From contig JAEHCQ010000006.1 in the NCBI GenBank assembly GCA_020696385.1, forward strand, positions 64,001 to 128,000: a stretch of 64,000 bases of DNA, given 5' to 3'. The stretch comes from Methanobacteriota archaeon (lineage in GTDB: Archaea; Thermoplasmatota; Thermoplasmata; SG8-5; JAGLSY01). This document shows positions 41,149 to 50,724 of this stretch, piece by piece (position 1 is the stretch's first letter; every line of letters begins with the position of its first letter). The notes beneath the pieces were generated by a model. It saw only the letters and a program-made list of their open reading frames with translations, made no database searches and was not told where the DNA came from. Both the position numbers and the translations under genes were made by a program.

Positions 41149-42693
41149 ATGTTGTGGTTACTAGCGATACTGCCAATGATAGTCGTCCTGATAGGTATAC
41201 TGTACTTTAAGAAGTCCGGCTCTACGATGGCTATAGTCGGCTGGCTAGTTACACTGGCTCTCGCGGTATCTGTGTTTAAAACAGATATCGGTGTTGCTCT
41301 TGGAGCTACAGCATACGGACTTTTGAAGTCATTTGGAATCACTATAGCGGTGGTCGCCACAATGCTGATGGTCTTCCTCATGAAGGAGATCGGAGCACTT
41401 GACACCATATCCGAGGCCATAAAACGTGTTGCTTCCACTATAGAACAACAGGCGATCTTCATCGGTATTGGCTTTGGAAGTTTCGTGACATCACTGGGTA
41501 TCGTCACACCATCGCTTTTCCCACCACTTCTGATGGCCATGGGATTTTCACCATTTGCAGCAGTTTCAGTATCTGTTCTGGGATACAATGCCACAACGAG
41601 TTTCGCTCTGCTGGCCATTCCGATCACTTTGCCTGCTGACATATTTGGTTTTGATGCAACAATTCTCACATACAAGATATCCTTATTCCTGCCTGTTGTA
41701 TCTGTGTTGATATCTTTCGCCATGCTCTGGGTCATCGGAGGAAAGGAATCCATCAAGAAGGGATTCATGGATGCATTGGTAGCAGGTCTGGTAATTGGTG
41801 TCAGCTGTCTTGTCTTCTCCATAATCGGTGTCCCGGTCATGATAATCGGTGTACTCGCTGGTATGATGACCATGATCGTGCTCTATGCCTATAGTAAAAT
41901 GACTGGCAAGCTCCCCACATTCGAGGAGAAGCTGGACATGAAGAAATTATTCACGGCAATGTCTCCCTGGATCATCCTGATCGTACTTGCCCTGGTTGTC
42001 AGCATACCCGCACTTACCACTGCATTGAAGGATATCGATGGTTCATTGTTCAGCATATACGGAAAAGGACTGGATTTCGATGTACTGGCTCAAACCTACA
42101 CTTTGATATTCATATCACTGGCCGCTTCAATTTATTTCCTTAAACCAACAAAGGAGCAATTCACATCAGTTTACAATGTCTGGATAAAGAGAATATGGGG
42201 GCCAGTTATCGCCTATTCATTGTTCTTTTCAATTGCCTACATAATGGCCTGGAGTGCCATGGTATATGTTGGCGGCTCTCTTGTACCTGGTGCGAATTAT
42301 GCAGAATTCAATATGAACAATGTTATTGGAAGTGCTCTTTCTGGCTCATTCGGTAACAACTTCGCTTATGTAGCTGCCTGGCTCGGTCTTTTCGGAGCCA
42401 TGGTGGGTGGATCTGAGACCGGTTCCAATGTTCTGTTCTACAAGATACAGGAGAGGGTTGCAACAGATATCGGAGCATCTGACGCTCAGTTCATGACCAT
42501 GTACGGATCACATGCAAATGCTGGTGGTGTGGCAAGTGCCATTACACCTTCCAAGATTAACAATGCGGTTGCGACTATCAAGGGAGATGCGGAACTGGAA
42601 AGTGCTGTTCTGCAGAAGCATCTGGTGCTTGTTGTTCTGATCACCATCGTTATCAGCTTCATGACGGCTGCTTTCTTTGCATGGAACATATAA
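41149..42693 (+). CDS. L-lactate permease family transporter
   Basis: Many TM helices; GGSETGSNVLF and ASAITPSKI motifs of the LctP family. Confidence 0.8.
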   Translation: MLWLLAILPMIVVLIGILYFKKSGSTMAIVGWLVTLALAVSVFKTDIGVALGATAYGLLKSFGITIAVVATMLMVFLMKEIGALDTISEAIKRVASTIEQQAIFIGIGFGSFVTSLGIVTPSLFPPLLMAMGFSPFAAVSVSVLGYNATTSFALLAIPITLPADIFGFDATILTYKISLFLPVVSVLISFAMLWVIGGKESIKKGFMDALVAGLVIGVSCLVFSIIGVPVMIIGVLAGMMTMIVLYAYSKMTGKLPTFEEKLDMKKLFTAMSPWIILIVLALVVSIPALTTALKDIDGSLFSIYGKGLDFDVLAQTYTLIFISLAASIYFLKPTKEQFTSVYNVWIKRIWGPVIAYSLFFSIAYIMAWSAMVYVGGSLVPGANYAEFNMNNVIGSALSGSFGNNFAYVAAWLGLFGAMVGGSETGSNVLFYKIQERVATDIGASDAQFMTMYGSHANAGGVASAITPSKINNAVATIKGDAELESAVLQKHLVLVVLITIVISFMTAAFFAWNI

Positions 42694-42694
42694 A

Positions 42695-42777
42695 GAGTTC
42701 ATGGAGTTCGTGAGATTCATCATGGGTTCGTGGAGTTAACTCTATAAACTCCACAACCCCCATGCTCTATAACTCCC
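42695..42777. repeat. Fold-back of short GAGTTCRTG-like units between convergent genes
   Basis: CATGGGTTCGTGGAGTT ... AACTCCACAACCCCCATG inverted arms plus degenerate 9-bp units. Confidence 0.5.
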
Positions 42778-42793
42778 AGCTGATGTAACTTGC

Positions 42794-43330
42794 CTATTTC
42801 TTGGCCCAGTATTTGAATAACATATAGAACATGATGATCCCAAGTGGCACATAGAATACCAGCTGTGTCCAGATAGTATCACCGAAGATAAGTAGATTGA
42901 TGTTTTGATTTGTGTAATATGGAAATAATATTGGATTGTATACATGCGTGAAAACATCCAGGGTGACATGACTGACCGTTCCTATCAATGCGGAAACAAC
43001 CGCCCAGCCGAGATCTCTGGGCGGTCTCGCTATGTCCACCCCTGCAAAGATGTGCCAGTCCTCTCCCTTTCTGCTTCTCAACCATCTTCCCAATGGCGGC
43101 ACCAATAGATATGCCACAACGAGAGTGATCATCACGTCTATCGTGAAAGCACCAAGGTATGAATGCATCAGGCCCCTTGCATATTCGCGCTCGCCAGTAA
43201 AGGGAGAAAGAAGCAGAACTTCAATATCTGGGATCGCCGAGCCAAGACTGATGCAGACAAAATGCAATTTCCTTTTACCCTTCAGCCATAATGGCCATAC
43301 TGACGCTAGGTGAAATGGGGTTAGAGGCAT
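42794..43330 (-). CDS. DUF4184-like membrane-bound metal-dependent hydrolase
   Basis: MPLTPFH, GSAIPD, MHS and SHVTLDVFTH motifs. Confidence 0.75.
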   Translation of the reverse strand: MPLTPFHLASVWPLWLKGKRKLHFVCISLGSAIPDIEVLLLSPFTGEREYARGLMHSYLGAFTIDVMITLVVAYLLVPPLGRWLRSRKGEDWHIFAGVDIARPPRDLGWAVVSALIGTVSHVTLDVFTHVYNPILFPYYTNQNINLLIFGDTIWTQLVFYVPLGIIMFYMLFKYWAKK

Positions 43331-43390
43331 TAGTAATGATATGAACTTGATATGATATTAATTTATGTTATATGACATAAAATTATCTTA

Positions 43391-44128
43391 TCATTCTATA
43401 TTCAATACAGCTCCATCCAGCTTCGTGGTCTTGCTTCCATCTTCTACATTCACTTCGGTAATTGTGAGCTTGCCATCATCTATATCGATGATATTGAAAG
43501 AGGGATAAGACCTCCCCTTCAGTCTGCGGGAGGTCGATGTGCCAGATGTTATGAAATACGTATCCTGCAATTTCCACATCCATGTCTTGTGCCTGTGTCC
43601 GGATAGCACAAGATGTACCCCAGTTTCTGCAATTATCTTCAGAACATCACCAGCATCAACTGGTATCTGCCTTTCACGACCAGTTCCCGGTATTGGTATC
43701 AGGTGATGGTGAAGCATTATGATCTTCACCTTTCCCTTCACACTCATGCTTTCCTTTATTTTTTCATAATGGTCTCTGCCAATGCCGCCCTCGTCTAGAT
43801 CTGGCTCGCTAGAATCCAACCCCTGTATCTTGACAATATCATTCTCCCATGTGGGAAATCTTGGCCCGACCAGCTCTTCAAAAAGTTCCCAGCCGTCATT
43901 TCTGGCATCATGATTTCCAGGAACGATAATGCAATTATCAACCTCTAACTGGCTAAAGTAATTCTGCCACATCCTGTATTCATGGATGTGCCCCTCGTTT
44001 GTAAGATCTCCTGTTATCAGAAGGAGATCTGGCTTCGTTGTGTTAATGTGATCTCTGACCTTCTTTCCCCATTCTGGATTATAATTCGGACTTGATACAT
44101 GCAGGTCCGATATATGTATTATTTTCAT
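43391..44128 (-). CDS. Calcineurin-like metallophosphoesterase (Icc/CpdA-like)
   Basis: HISDLH, TGDLT, PGNHD, LHHH, SGHRH. Confidence 0.9.
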   Translation of the reverse strand: MKIIHISDLHVSSPNYNPEWGKKVRDHINTTKPDLLLITGDLTNEGHIHEYRMWQNYFSQLEVDNCIIVPGNHDARNDGWELFEELVGPRFPTWENDIVKIQGLDSSEPDLDEGGIGRDHYEKIKESMSVKGKVKIIMLHHHLIPIPGTGRERQIPVDAGDVLKIIAETGVHLVLSGHRHKTWMWKLQDTYFITSGTSTSRRLKGRSYPSFNIIDIDDGKLTITEVNVEDGSKTTKLDGAVLNIE

Positions 44129-44290
44129 GTTATTTTCTCCTTATGTTTATTTATCTTATTCGTCTATCCTTATGTTGTCATACATCATAAAATACTGTTC
44201 TCTATAGGCTATATATATTATTGAGAGTAAGTATAGATACGATGGTTTTCTACAAGCTAATGTGACAAGAAAGAGCAAGAGAGGAAACCA

Positions 44291-46282
44291 ATGACCCTGT
44301 CGGAAAAGATATCCGATTTCATATCACGAAAGAAGGTGATCAAGGGTTGGTATGCCTTAGTGATAATCTTTTTCATAATGCTGGTCATAGTTCCCACACT
44401 TTTCGTGCTCACTTATGCTTTCACTGGCTGGGATGAGATCCAGGAAACTGTGATGAAAGCACCTCCCGAGATACAGTATACACCGACCCATTTGCCAGTC
44501 TACAATATTAGATTCACTTCTCAAGACATAATAGATGTGACAGAATCTTATTCCTTAGAGGTCGAATATGACACGGATAGAGATACCACTCTCAATCATA
44601 CTGTTTATCTATTGGATGATGGGGAAAAGGTGATCGAGTTCCAGGAAGAGTTCATTGTGAATGGAACTGGCAGTATTTGGTTCAATGCCAGTGCCAATGA
44701 CACATACAATTATTTCCATCATGTGGGTGACGGATACCAGACGATAAGAGCGGACAATGGCACGGGATTGATAGAGGAATGGGAGAATGAAGTAACCTTA
44801 CGCTCCGGCGACAGACTTCCCTGGGACATGGTGAAAGATGCCCTGATAGTATCTTTCACGATCGCTACCATTGTCACGATCATTGATTTCACGGCAGGTC
44901 TTCCAATGGCCTGGCTGATGGTTCGGAAAGATTTCAGAGGAAAGAAGTACATTGATACTCTGATCGATATGCCACTGGCAATACCCACAGCGGCACTTGG
45001 TTTCTCGACTGCTATGTTCTGGGCTGTCACACCTGGCCTAAACCCATACGGCTCGCTGAGCCTCACATCATCGCCTTTTATCCTTGTGATATTGCTTCAC
45101 ATCGTATTTTCATATCCTTACATGGTGCGTTCATTATCTGCCATACTTCATGAGATCGATATAAATTATGAGGTTGCGGCTTCCACATTGGGAGCACCTC
45201 CATTGACAGTTGCCAGAACTATCACCCTGCCTCTTTTCAGAGCTGGACTCGTGACCGGTATCATCCTCTGTTTTGCCAGAAGTCTGAGCGAAACAGGTGG
45301 AACAATGGCCGCACTCGCCATGATGTCACCCGCAATGGGGGAACTGGCATACCCCATGAAAACCGGGCCAACCCTTATCGGAGCCTGGAAGCATGCGGGA
45401 GGATTTGAACCACATCTGGCCTTCACTGCCATGATTCTGGTCATTATCACTCTTATATTGCTGGTCATCATTAAGATAGTGATAATGAAGTTCAAGATGC
45501 CCCTCAGAAAGGTATTCCCAGGACCCGAGAGGCTTCTCAGCAAAGGTGTCTTTCCAAAGATGAAAGATGCTCTATCTTTCATATTCATGTTCCTGGTATT
45601 GCTCATACCTTCCTTCTTCATATTCAGTTTTGTTCTGACGGGGGAGCCATCCCCGGTCGATTGGGGTGGCTTCTGGGGCGCCATGAGATTTTCCTTCCTG
45701 GTGGCCGGGGTCATTACAGTTATAAATCTGATATTCGGAGTGCCACTGGCTATCTACATAGTTAGGGGAACCAATAAGATAATGACAAATATCCTGGATG
45801 TGCTGGTAAATGTCCCGCTTATTGTCCCGACCTCCGCCCTGGGTATATCTCTGGGAATGTTCTGGGGTTCGATGGATCTGGGAATGACCACACTTCTGGT
45901 CATATCCGCTCATCTGGCCTTCACATTTCCACTAGTCGTTAGAAATGTGGCAGGCGCGATGGAGGAACTGGATCCCACATACGAGGAAACAGCCAGAACA
46001 TTGGGAGCAAAACCAATGTTCGTCTTCAGAAAGATCGTGTTCCCATCCATCAAGTTCTCTGTGTTAGCAGGAGCGATAATGGCCTTCACAAGAAGTCTTG
46101 GAGAGACCGGTGCAACTCTGGCGGTTGTCAAGGAAGCCAATACTGTGCCAGTCTATATTGTCGGACTGGTCAAGGCCGGCAATTATTATCCCGCGGCTCT
46201 GGCATGTATCGCTCTGATATTCATTTCATTCATAACCATGATGGCCATGCGCTATATGACGAAAAAAGCAGGTGATAATTGA
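44291..46282 (+). CDS. ABC transporter permease with two fused ModB/CysT-type domains and an extracellular insert
   Basis: Two EAA loops (YEVAASTLGA, YEETARTLGA) and two FARSLSETG/FTRSLGETG motifs; about 140-aa hydrophilic loop after TM1. Confidence 0.88.
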   Translation: MTLSEKISDFISRKKVIKGWYALVIIFFIMLVIVPTLFVLTYAFTGWDEIQETVMKAPPEIQYTPTHLPVYNIRFTSQDIIDVTESYSLEVEYDTDRDTTLNHTVYLLDDGEKVIEFQEEFIVNGTGSIWFNASANDTYNYFHHVGDGYQTIRADNGTGLIEEWENEVTLRSGDRLPWDMVKDALIVSFTIATIVTIIDFTAGLPMAWLMVRKDFRGKKYIDTLIDMPLAIPTAALGFSTAMFWAVTPGLNPYGSLSLTSSPFILVILLHIVFSYPYMVRSLSAILHEIDINYEVAASTLGAPPLTVARTITLPLFRAGLVTGIILCFARSLSETGGTMAALAMMSPAMGELAYPMKTGPTLIGAWKHAGGFEPHLAFTAMILVIITLILLVIIKIVIMKFKMPLRKVFPGPERLLSKGVFPKMKDALSFIFMFLVLLIPSFFIFSFVLTGEPSPVDWGGFWGAMRFSFLVAGVITVINLIFGVPLAIYIVRGTNKIMTNILDVLVNVPLIVPTSALGISLGMFWGSMDLGMTTLLVISAHLAFTFPLVVRNVAGAMEELDPTYEETARTLGAKPMFVFRKIVFPSIKFSVLAGAIMAFTRSLGETGATLAVVKEANTVPVYIVGLVKAGNYYPAALACIALIFISFITMMAMRYMTKKAGDN

Positions 46283-46323
46283 TGAAACGATCTCGCATTT
46301 TCCAGAAGGCAGGTGATAATTAA
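46282..46323 (+). CDS. Putative 13-aa translational relay mini-ORF (MKRSRIFQKAGDN)
   Basis: Starts in TGATG overlapping the permease stop and ends in TAATG overlapping the ATPase start; both junctions are preceded by GCAGGTGATAATT. Confidence 0.45.
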   Translation: MKRSRIFQKAGDN

Positions 46324-47432
46324 TGCCTGAAATACACATCAAGAATCTGAAAAAGGCCTTCGGAGATCTGGTGGCCATCGATGATCTTACCATCGATGTC
46401 AAGGATGGCGAATACCTTACCATACTTGGCCCCACAGGTGCTGGAAAGACCACACTTCTCAGACTTATTGCTGGACTGACCGATCAGACATCTGGTAGCA
46501 TATTTATTGATGGAAAATGCGTTGATGATCTTCCCCCAGAGAGGCGGAAGGTCGCTTTCCTCAGTCAAACCTATTCATTATTCCCACACATGGATGTCTG
46601 GGAAAATACCACTTTCGGCCCCATAGCCAGAGGCTGGAACCCCGAGCAGGTGGAGATAATTGGCCGTGAGATGCTGGAGATGGTTCACCTATACGATAGA
46701 AAGGATGCCTACCCGAGTGAACTGAGTGGTGGGATGCAGCAGAGAAATGCTCTGGCACGTGCTCTTTCTGCGGATGCCAAGATACTGCTCCTTGATGAGC
46801 CCCTCAGGGCTCTAGATGCTCGCCTTAGGCTTGATCTGAGGTATGAGCTGAAGCAATTGTCAAAGGACATGGGCATGACCACCATCCATGTCACCCATGA
46901 TCAGGAAGAGGCTCTGACCATATCCGACAGAATACTTGTGCTTCGTGATGGGAAGGTGATACAATCTGGCACACCAAAGGAGATATTCAATAAGCCAGCT
47001 ATTCCATTCATACATCACTTTGTTGGTGAGGCGAATTTCATAAGTGGCAAGCTGTTAGAAGTGGGTGATGAATACTCGATCATTGTGGATGATGATGGTC
47101 ATAAATATAGGACCCAGAAAACAGATATCAAACCAGGATCGCGTGTGGTGACCGGCATCAAGACCGAATTCACACTTATGACCAAGGATATATGGGAAAG
47201 TGAGGACATAAACAATTTTACTGGCAGTATTGAGAGAATACTTTTCCTTGGTAGATTCTCTGATTTCGAGATCAAATTGGACAATGGAGAGATCGTGCAT
47301 GCCAGGCTTCCAGGATATCAGGCCAATAAGTTCGAGGATGGCGATAAGGTCAATATTCATTATTCACCACAGAGATTACTGGTATTTCCCGAACCAGAAG
47401 GCGGGATAAAGAAAGCACTGGAGATGGTTTGA
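46323..47432 (+). CDS. ABC transporter ATP-binding protein with TOBE domain
   Basis: GPTGAGKTT, LSGGMQQR, LLLDEP, HVTHDQEEA. Confidence 0.93.
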   Translation: MPEIHIKNLKKAFGDLVAIDDLTIDVKDGEYLTILGPTGAGKTTLLRLIAGLTDQTSGSIFIDGKCVDDLPPERRKVAFLSQTYSLFPHMDVWENTTFGPIARGWNPEQVEIIGREMLEMVHLYDRKDAYPSELSGGMQQRNALARALSADAKILLLDEPLRALDARLRLDLRYELKQLSKDMGMTTIHVTHDQEEALTISDRILVLRDGKVIQSGTPKEIFNKPAIPFIHHFVGEANFISGKLLEVGDEYSIIVDDDGHKYRTQKTDIKPGSRVVTGIKTEFTLMTKDIWESEDINNFTGSIERILFLGRFSDFEIKLDNGEIVHARLPGYQANKFEDGDKVNIHYSPQRLLVFPEPEGGIKKALEMV

Positions 47433-48535
47433 TGCCTGAGATCGAAATGAAAGGCATAACAAAGCGTTTTGGCAAAGTTACCGCCGCCGCCAATATCAAT
47501 CTCAAAATTAAGGAAGGCGAGTACGTGACAGTGCTTGGACCATCCGGATGTGGCAAGACCACTCTCGTCAAGATATTATCCGGAATATGGGAACCTACGG
47601 AGGGCGATTGCTTCATTGATGGCAAGAAAGTAACTGGCATACCCACTTTCGAGCGTGATCTCGGATATATATTCCAGAATATCGCTCTATTCCCACACAT
47701 GACCGTTTGGCAGAACACATCCTATGCTCCAATTGTAAAGGATCGAGACCCAGAGGTCATAGAGAAGTCCACTACCGAGAACCTGGAATTGGTGAATCTG
47801 CTTCAGAGAAAGGGATTCAAACCCTTCGAGCTCAGTGGTGGTGAACAACAGAAGGCAGGTATTGCCAGAGCCCTATGCTCGGGTTCCAAGCTTCTCATAC
47901 TTGATGAACCACTTTCTGCACTGGATGCTCGTGTGCGCCTGGATCTTAGATATGTGATCAAGAACCTTGTAAAAAGCAAGGGTCTAACTGCCATTCATGT
48001 TACACATGACCAGGAAGAGGCCATGTCCATATCCGACCGCATAGTTCTAATGAGAGCTGGTGGTATTGTTGAAATTGATACTCCCGAGAACCTGTACAAT
48101 AGGCCAAAGAACATCTTCACTGCCAACTTCATCGGCGAGGCCAGCTTCATAGAGGGCAGGATAATCAAGAACAATGAAGATAATTGCTGCACCATGAAGG
48201 CGAGGAATGGCTACAAGCTGAAGATCAGGAACGACAGTTGCATGATGAAGGGAGCTGGTGTGGTCATCGCAGTAAGGCCAGAAAATCTTTTCATTTCCAG
48301 AGAAAAGGAGAATAATTCCATACCTGGGGAGATCGAGGATAAGATATTCATGGGCTCTTTCATGAGGTACAGGATAATGCTGGCCACACATGATCTCGTC
48401 CAGGTGGAGATCGCAGAGGCCGTTGACAAAACCTTTAATATCGGTGATAATGTTAATGTAATATTCAAATCAGAGAAGCTTTTGGTCTACCCCAGACCAA
48501 AAGAGGGATTACAGGAGGTGCTTAGCCTTGAGTGA
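47432..48535 (+). CDS. ABC transporter ATP-binding protein with TOBE domain (second paralogue)
   Basis: GPSGCGKTT, LSGGEQQK, LILDEP, HVTHDQEEA; TGATG overlap with the previous gene. Confidence 0.93.
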   Translation: MPEIEMKGITKRFGKVTAAANINLKIKEGEYVTVLGPSGCGKTTLVKILSGIWEPTEGDCFIDGKKVTGIPTFERDLGYIFQNIALFPHMTVWQNTSYAPIVKDRDPEVIEKSTTENLELVNLLQRKGFKPFELSGGEQQKAGIARALCSGSKLLILDEPLSALDARVRLDLRYVIKNLVKSKGLTAIHVTHDQEEAMSISDRIVLMRAGGIVEIDTPENLYNRPKNIFTANFIGEASFIEGRIIKNNEDNCCTMKARNGYKLKIRNDSCMMKGAGVVIAVRPENLFISREKENNSIPGEIEDKIFMGSFMRYRIMLATHDLVQVEIAEAVDKTFNIGDNVNVIFKSEKLLVYPRPKEGLQEVLSLE

Positions 48536-49199
48536 AGAAAAATATGCCAATTGGTTTGCCAGGAGAAGGGAAGAGAACGTCATGGACGGAGTGAAGGAAC
48601 ATATCCTCAAAATTGTAGACACATGTGAGGAATTGAACACATCCATCAAGGCCATCATGAATGATGAGGAAGAAAAGGCATTACAGGCAATAGCCAGGCT
48701 TTTCCTGAATGAAAAGGCCGCGGATAATATCGAGGTCTCACTCAATGAACAGCTTTCCACTGGCAGCCTTCCATCAAAGGAAAGGGAAGACCTCATGCAC
48801 CTTGTCAAAAGAATGGATGGGATTGCTGACTGGACAAAGAGCGCGGCAAGAAATATCGAAGTTCTCATAGATGCCGAGATAGAGGTTCCTGAAAAGATCT
48901 GGAAGTATTATGGAGTACTCGCCGGACGAGTACTAGACACCTCAAAGGAAGTCAAGCTTTGTATAGACTTTCTCGGCGAGGATGATGACCAGTTCAAGGT
49001 TCACAAGGGCAATGTAGAGAGGATAGAACATGAAATTGACGATCTCTATTTTAAGATCAAAAAGAAGGTCATGCTGTCCGATATAGACCCCAGGGTCATC
49101 TTCATACTCAGGGATATAGTTCATGCCCTAGAGAACGCGGCAGACAGCTGTAAAGCATCAGCAGACCTGATGCAGATCATCATGGTCGCGCATAAATGA
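48528..49199 (+). CDS. DUF47 (PhoU-like) phosphate transport regulator
   Basis: EKAADNI, REDLMHLVKRMDGIAD, IEHEIDDL, LENAADSC. Confidence 0.85.
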   Translation: MSEEKYANWFARRREENVMDGVKEHILKIVDTCEELNTSIKAIMNDEEEKALQAIARLFLNEKAADNIEVSLNEQLSTGSLPSKEREDLMHLVKRMDGIADWTKSAARNIEVLIDAEIEVPEKIWKYYGVLAGRVLDTSKEVKLCIDFLGEDDDQFKVHKGNVERIEHEIDDLYFKIKKKVMLSDIDPRVIFILRDIVHALENAADSCKASADLMQIIMVAHK

Positions 49200-49209
49200 G
49201 CGCAAAATG

Positions 49210-49236
49210 ACAGGCAGGTCTTGAAAACCTGCCTGT
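49210..49236 (+). terminator. Hairpin after the ABC/DUF47 operon
   Basis: ACAGGCAGGT-CTTGAAA-ACCTGCCTGT perfect 10-bp stem. Confidence 0.6.
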
Positions 49237-49405
49237 ATATTTACCTCTGGCCATCTCTATCTATTTTGCCCATCCATATATAAATATCTCTATTGTCAGA
49301 TCTGGCCAGTATCTCATATGATTGTGTGATTATATATCTATATTCAAATCTCTATATACCTATAGAAAACATTATACCGTATAATCAAATTCATGCCTGA
49401 TACAC

Positions 49406-50413
49406 ATGGAAACTCGTAAAGTACAGGTAACAGGCGGCTCGTCCTTCGTCTTAACATTGCCCAAGGAATGGATAAATTCTGCAAATATAAAGAAAAATGA
49501 TCCACTTGGCGTGATCATCCAGACAGATGGAACTCTCCTGATAACAACACAAGAAACTGGAGAGAAGGCCAGTCTCACAAAGAACTTTCATGTAGATGAT
49601 ATTAAGAATTCATCTCATCTATTTCGACTACTTATTGGAGCCTACATCATGGGTTACACCAACATCGTGGTGTCATCAAAAAGCAATATCGATGGCATGG
49701 TGAGGGACACTGTGACCGAATTTACTCAGATCGCAGTCGGGCCAGAGATAATCGAAGAGGATGCGCATTCCATCACGGTAACTGATTTTCTCAGCCCTAC
49801 GGAGATGCCCTTTAACAAGACCATTCGCAGGATGCATCTATTGGTTCAGACAATGCACAAGGATGCTATGAGAGCCCTGCTGGAGCAGGATCTCACGATC
49901 GCGGAGAATGTCATCAAGAGGGATCAAGATGTAGACCGCCTTGAATGGCTGGTGGCCAGGCAGTCCAATATCGTGATAAGGAATATCAGTATCGCGAAGA
50001 AAATAGGTGTCATGCCGGAAGAGGCCAGCAATTATTATCTTATAAGCCGGGCGATAGAAAGAATTGGGGACCATGCTGTCAAGATCGCGGAGAACATTGA
50101 ACCTCTCACAGATAAGAAGGTCGATCAAAAGCTCATAGCCAAGATAAGCCAGGCCGCGGAGATGGCCCTGGACATATTCAATGGATCAATCAAGGCCTGG
50201 ATCAATAGGGATCTTGACCTGGCTAACAAGAATATAGATGAGAAGAAACATCTGGTCGAGCTGTGTGAGAATATCACCGACCATCCGATAAAGAGCAAAG
50301 GCAGGACATACATCGCGGTAAGCTACATTGCGGAGTCCATCAGAAGGACTGGTGAGTATTCTGGTGGTATATCGGAGATCGTGATAAACAATCTGATAAA
50401 GGATTCGGATTGA
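49406..50413 (+). CDS. phoU: Archaeal phosphate uptake regulator (AbrB/SpoVT domain plus PhoU domains)
   Basis: METRKVQVTGGSSFVLTLPKEW, LIGAYIMGY, RDQDVDRL, IERIGDHAVKIAE. Confidence 0.9.
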   Translation: METRKVQVTGGSSFVLTLPKEWINSANIKKNDPLGVIIQTDGTLLITTQETGEKASLTKNFHVDDIKNSSHLFRLLIGAYIMGYTNIVVSSKSNIDGMVRDTVTEFTQIAVGPEIIEEDAHSITVTDFLSPTEMPFNKTIRRMHLLVQTMHKDAMRALLEQDLTIAENVIKRDQDVDRLEWLVARQSNIVIRNISIAKKIGVMPEEASNYYLISRAIERIGDHAVKIAENIEPLTDKKVDQKLIAKISQAAEMALDIFNGSIKAWINRDLDLANKNIDEKKHLVELCENITDHPIKSKGRTYIAVSYIAESIRRTGEYSGGISEIVINNLIKDSD

Positions 50414-50447
50414 TTCTGATAGGTTCATATTTATTCGAATGCATTCA

Positions 50448-50604
50448 GAATAGAGCAGAATACATCAATGTATATGCAGGATGTATTCGAACATGCCCCG
50501 TCTGATTGACCCGATAGCACAAAGGAGGGCGGGGTACTGGATTCGATGAATATTCAAGTGACAGTTCTCTATTCGAAACCCCGTCAGAATGGCGGGGAGG
50601 TCAA
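50448..50604. ncRNA. Structured intergenic element, family 1 copy B, ending in an IS605/TnpB right-end-like hairpin
   Basis: Closing stem GAATAGAG/CTCTATTC; inner stem TGCCCCGTC/GGCGGGGTA; 3' end GAAACCCCGTCAGAATGGCGGGGAGGTCA; homologous to 25769-25889. Confidence 0.55.
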
Positions 50605-50660
50605 TCTCTCTAAAACCCTAAACACCCTCAAAGATAGAAATTTACAACATTTACAACATT

Positions 50661-50701
50661 AAAATAGAAAAGGGATGCAGGCCGCTTCAAACGGCCTGCA
50701 T
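50661..50701 (-). terminator. Terminator hairpin of the oxidoreductase operon
   Basis: ATGCAGGCCG-CTTCAAA-CGGCCTGCAT with T-rich flanks on both strands. Confidence 0.65.
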
Positions 50702-50724
50702 ATTCTTTGTTTTGATGGCCTGGC

